A DNA stretch of 32,000 nt from an archaeon GW2011_AR10 (lineage in GTDB: Archaea; Iainarchaeota; Iainarchaeia; Iainarchaeales; GW2011-AR10), in NCBI GenBank assembly GCA_000830275.1, contig CP010424.1, forward strand, positions 210,001 through 242,000, in the 5' to 3' direction. The notes below the pieces were generated by a model. The model ran no database searches, had not been told where the DNA came from, and saw nothing but the letters and a program-made list of their open reading frames with translations. This document shows positions 29,572 to 32,000 of this stretch, in pieces; positions within the stretch are counted from its first letter, which is position 1; every line of letters begins with the position of its first letter. Position numbers and translations under genes: made by a program.

Positions 29572-30330
29572 ATGGTTGTTTCAATGCCTGGCATTTCAAA
29601 CGCAAAACTGAAAATTTTCCTCAACACTGTTTTCTTTGTTCTCGGCTTTTCAGTCGTGTTTGCTGTTCTCGGCGTGCTGTTGAACAGCTTTCTTGTGGGG
29701 GTTTCCTATGACCTCAGGATTTGGGTTGGAAGAATAGGCGGAGTCATAATTATTCTGTTCGCGCTTTACATTCTAGGCCTCCTGAAAATCGGTTTCCTTC
29801 AGCGAGAGCACAAAATCAGGCCGACAAAGCTTAGTGCGGGTTACTTGACTTCATTCATTTTCGGGGCAACTTTTGCTGCTGGCTGGACCCCTTGCGTTGG
29901 GGCAATTCTTGGTGCAATTCTCACGCTTGCGGCAACACAGCCTGGCTCCGCATTTTTCCTGCTTCTTTCCTACTCATTTGGTTTGAGTTTGCCTTTCCTG
30001 CTTGCCGGCGCATTTATTTCGCAGGCAACTTCCTTTATTGAAAAAGCCACTCCGTATCTTAAGTACTTTAACCTTGCTGCAGGGGTTCTGCTCCTTGTTT
30101 TAGGGGTTCTGGTTTTCACTGATAACCTTTCGCAGATTGCTAACTTTTTTTACGCGCAGGGCTTTTTTGGTTTTGACACAATGAACGAACTAGGAGAGGG
30201 CGGTAACCCCACACTAGTGATTGCTTTCCTTGGAGGGGTAATCTCTTTTTTCTCTCCGTGCATTCTGCCTTTGGTGCCGGCTTTCCTTTCCTACATTTCC
30301 GGCGTCAGCTTTAAGGAAATACAACATTGA
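29572..30330 (+). CDS. ccdA: CcdA/DsbD-family thiol:disulfide transporter with permuted segment order
   Basis: FVLGFSVVFAVLG and AAGWTPCVGAILGAIL lie in the body. FFSPCILPLVPAFLSYISGVS, normally the first TM helix, is at the extreme C-terminus. Confidence 0.85.
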   Translation: MVVSMPGISNAKLKIFLNTVFFVLGFSVVFAVLGVLLNSFLVGVSYDLRIWVGRIGGVIIILFALYILGLLKIGFLQREHKIRPTKLSAGYLTSFIFGATFAAGWTPCVGAILGAILTLAATQPGSAFFLLLSYSFGLSLPFLLAGAFISQATSFIEKATPYLKYFNLAAGVLLLVLGVLVFTDNLSQIANFFYAQGFFGFDTMNELGEGGNPTLVIAFLGGVISFFSPCILPLVPAFLSYISGVSFKEIQH

Positions 30331-30356
30331 CGTATGTTGGGGAACCCAGCAATTCT

Positions 30357-30402
30357 TTGCAAACCTTTTGGGTTTGCGAAGTGCCCAGAATTTTCAATTC
30401 TG
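30357..30402. repeat. composite palindromic element E2 (second copy of the E1 architecture)
   Basis: TTGCAAAC-cttttgg-GTTTGCGA (30357-30379), then CAGAATT-ttc-AATTCTG (30386-30402). It lies between the convergent ccdA and nucS genes. Confidence 0.75.
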
Positions 30403-30423
30403 GTGCACAGTGCGGGAATGACG

Positions 30424-31176
30424 TCACATGAACTCAGTTATTGTCGGCTGCTTTTTCTGAACGCCTTTGATTTTTGTTTTAGGGTTGCCTATTTCAAAAT
30501 CAAAAGAGTAATACTCCAAACCATAGTTTTCAAGCAGGTCGCGGGCATTCTTCATTATTTCTGGTGCAACAAGAATGCCTCTGGTTTTTACTCCATTAAT
30601 TTTTTCCACCTGCTTTGCGTAGCGCTGAAGCTGCGTTACCGCGCTAAAATCGGCTTTTCTTCTTTTAACTTCAATTACAACAATGTTTCCATCCTTGTCC
30701 TCAGCTATTAAATCTGCTATTCCTTTCCTGAAAGCCTGCTCCTGCTTCAAGGGTTTTAGTCCTTCCTCCAAAAAACTCAAATCCTTCATTAATTCGTTGC
30801 TCAGTTCGCGCTCGCTTCCGAATAAGCGCAAATCAGCTGCTGAATCCATTTCATAGCTCTGAATGTCGTCCACGCGGTAGAAAAATACTTTGATTGATTC
30901 CTTTGGCTTCAGTTTTTTCGCGCTTAGCACTAGCGCGTTGTCTTGTTCCTCGCATGAAATGCGCGCATTCATCATGTAATTCGTTGGCCTAAGCAGCCTG
31001 TTCTGGTGGATTGCAGAAGAGCTGTCGCCTTTAATCATCAGGAGCCTTTTTCCTTTCGGGAGCTTTGAAGCAGCTCTCCCCCAATACTCCACATAACAGT
31101 TTCCCACAACCAAGAGCATCTGCTTTCCCTTTATTGCTTCCTCTATCCTTTGCCTGGCTTGCCCGAACGAAAACAT
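30424..31176 (-). CDS. nucS: endonuclease NucS (EndoMS)
   Basis: LLVVGNCYVEYWGRAASKL in the N-terminal domain, IADLIAEDKDGNIVVIEVKRRKAD...QLQRY in the RecB-like nuclease core, and a C-terminal QPTITEFM PIP-box-like tail. Confidence 0.9.
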   Translation of the reverse strand: MFSFGQARQRIEEAIKGKQMLLVVGNCYVEYWGRAASKLPKGKRLLMIKGDSSSAIHQNRLLRPTNYMMNARISCEEQDNALVLSAKKLKPKESIKVFFYRVDDIQSYEMDSAADLRLFGSERELSNELMKDLSFLEEGLKPLKQEQAFRKGIADLIAEDKDGNIVVIEVKRRKADFSAVTQLQRYAKQVEKINGVKTRGILVAPEIMKNARDLLENYGLEYYSFDFEIGNPKTKIKGVQKKQPTITEFM

Positions 31177-31232
31177 GCCATAATTAGAGTAAAAGAAATT
31201 AAATCAATAATTGCTTGGAAAAATTCGCTTTA

Positions 31233-31249
31233 AGCCGAAATTTTCGGCT
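31233..31249. promoter_or_regulatory. 8-bp-arm palindrome in the divergent nucS/nadA promoter region
   Basis: AGCCGAAA-t-TTTCGGCT. Confidence 0.3.
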
Positions 31250-31288
31250 ATGGCAAGAATTAAATAACATTGACTTAGCTTAATTAAT

Positions 31289-32000
31289 ATGGCATACCAG
31301 CAGGAAATAACCGTTAGTGAAGTAAAACAGGAAGCAAAGCGCCTGCACGAAAAGCTCAGGCACCTGAAATACTCTTTGGAGGACTGCCTGCCTTTCGCCC
31401 CTTTTACGCTAGAAATCAACAAGCTTAAAAAAGAAAAAAACGCGTTTGTGCTTGCCCACAATTACCAGCGCCCGGAAATAATTTTTGGCATTTCCGATTT
31501 CCATGCTGACAGCCTTGCTTTAAGCAAAAAGGCAACTGAAACAGATGCTGACATAATTTTGTTTTGCGGCGTTCACTTCATGGCTGAAACCGCAAAAATA
31601 CTTAACCCGGAAAAAAAGGTTCTTTTGCCTGATTTAGGGGCAGGATGCAGCCTTGCCGAAAGCATCACTGCAAAAGATGTGAGAATGCTCAGAAAACAGC
31701 ACCCTGATGCAATGGTTGTCACTTACGTTAACACTTCAGCTGAAGTGAAGGCTGAATCAGATTACTGCTGCACCAGCGCAAATGCCCTGAAAGTAATTGA
31801 AGCGGCTCCCTCTGACAGGGTAATCTTTTTGCCTGATATTTTCATGGCGCAAAACCTTGCAAAGCTTACTTCTAAAGAAATCATTTCTTGGAACGGCAAA
31901 TGCATTGTGCATGAAACTTTTACGCCGGAGCAAGTGCAGCGCTACAAAAGAACTTATCCTGAAATGAAGGTTTTGGCCCATACTGAATGTCATCCCGGGG
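31289..32000 (+). CDS. nadA: quinolinate synthase (3' end of gene runs off the window)
   Basis: Not in the track because it is open at the edge. My own translation is MAYQQEITVSEVKQEAKRL...VLAHNYQRPEI...CGVHFMAETAKILNPEKKVLLPDLGAGCSLAES...VTYVNTSAEVKA...CTSANA. Confidence 0.9.
   Translation, partial: MAYQQEITVSEVKQEAKRLHEKLRHLKYSLEDCLPFAPFTLEINKLKKEKNAFVLAHNYQRPEIIFGISDFHADSLALSKKATETDADIILFCGVHFMAETAKILNPEKKVLLPDLGAGCSLAESITAKDVRMLRKQHPDAMVVTYVNTSAEVKAESDYCCTSANALKVIEAAPSDRVIFLPDIFMAQNLAKLTSKEIISWNGKCIVHETFTPEQVQRYKRTYPEMKVLAHTECHPG

Noticed and set aside
30334-30711. 125-aa plus-strand ORF after ccdA
   Set aside because: It is antisense to the C-terminal nuclease domain of nucS, which is clearly recognisable.

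Overview
This is an AT-rich, gene-dense chromosomal segment that I assign to an archaeon. The basis is a tRNA-Pro interrupted by a textbook bulge-helix-bulge intron, TTTAAATA-type TATA boxes about 25-30 nt upstream of many start codons (mostly leaderless genes), and genes for NucS, an Lhr-type helicase and GTP-PEPCK. The small orphan proteins and many surface proteins are compatible with a DPANN-like lineage, but that is inference only.

Recognisable housekeeping genes are sufS (partial), a PHP phosphoesterase, fhs, a TraB-family protein, pyrG, an Lhr-core helicase with a PdeM/MPE-like metallophosphoesterase, an SQR-like flavoprotein, pckG, an aspartate aminotransferase, prs, eno, a thioredoxin-like lipoprotein with CcdA, nucS and nadA (partial).

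Accessory content lies mainly at 13.6-19 kb. It holds a four-gene minus-strand operon of secreted or membrane proteins (one cohesin-like), a palindrome-rich non-coding stretch, a RelE/ParE-type toxin-antitoxin (TA) pair, and a hicBA cassette bracketed by 20-bp direct repeats.

The points most worth follow-up are:
- A CcdA that appears circularly permuted, with the TM1 cysteine motif moved to the C-terminus.
- A family of perfect-stem intergenic hairpins built on TAGCAAA/TTTGCTA bases at 3.37-3.52 kb and 13.69-13.78 kb, plus a second composite palindromic element present twice (17.14 kb and 30.36 kb).
- An uncharacterised basic protein inserted between Lhr and its partner phosphoesterase.
- An orphan protein with three 48-bp tandem repeats and a sigma-70 region-2-like C-terminal segment.
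- A 151-nt structured tRNA intron.

I found no CRISPR array, rRNA, integrase or transposase. All functional calls rest on motif recognition by eye; no database search was possible.
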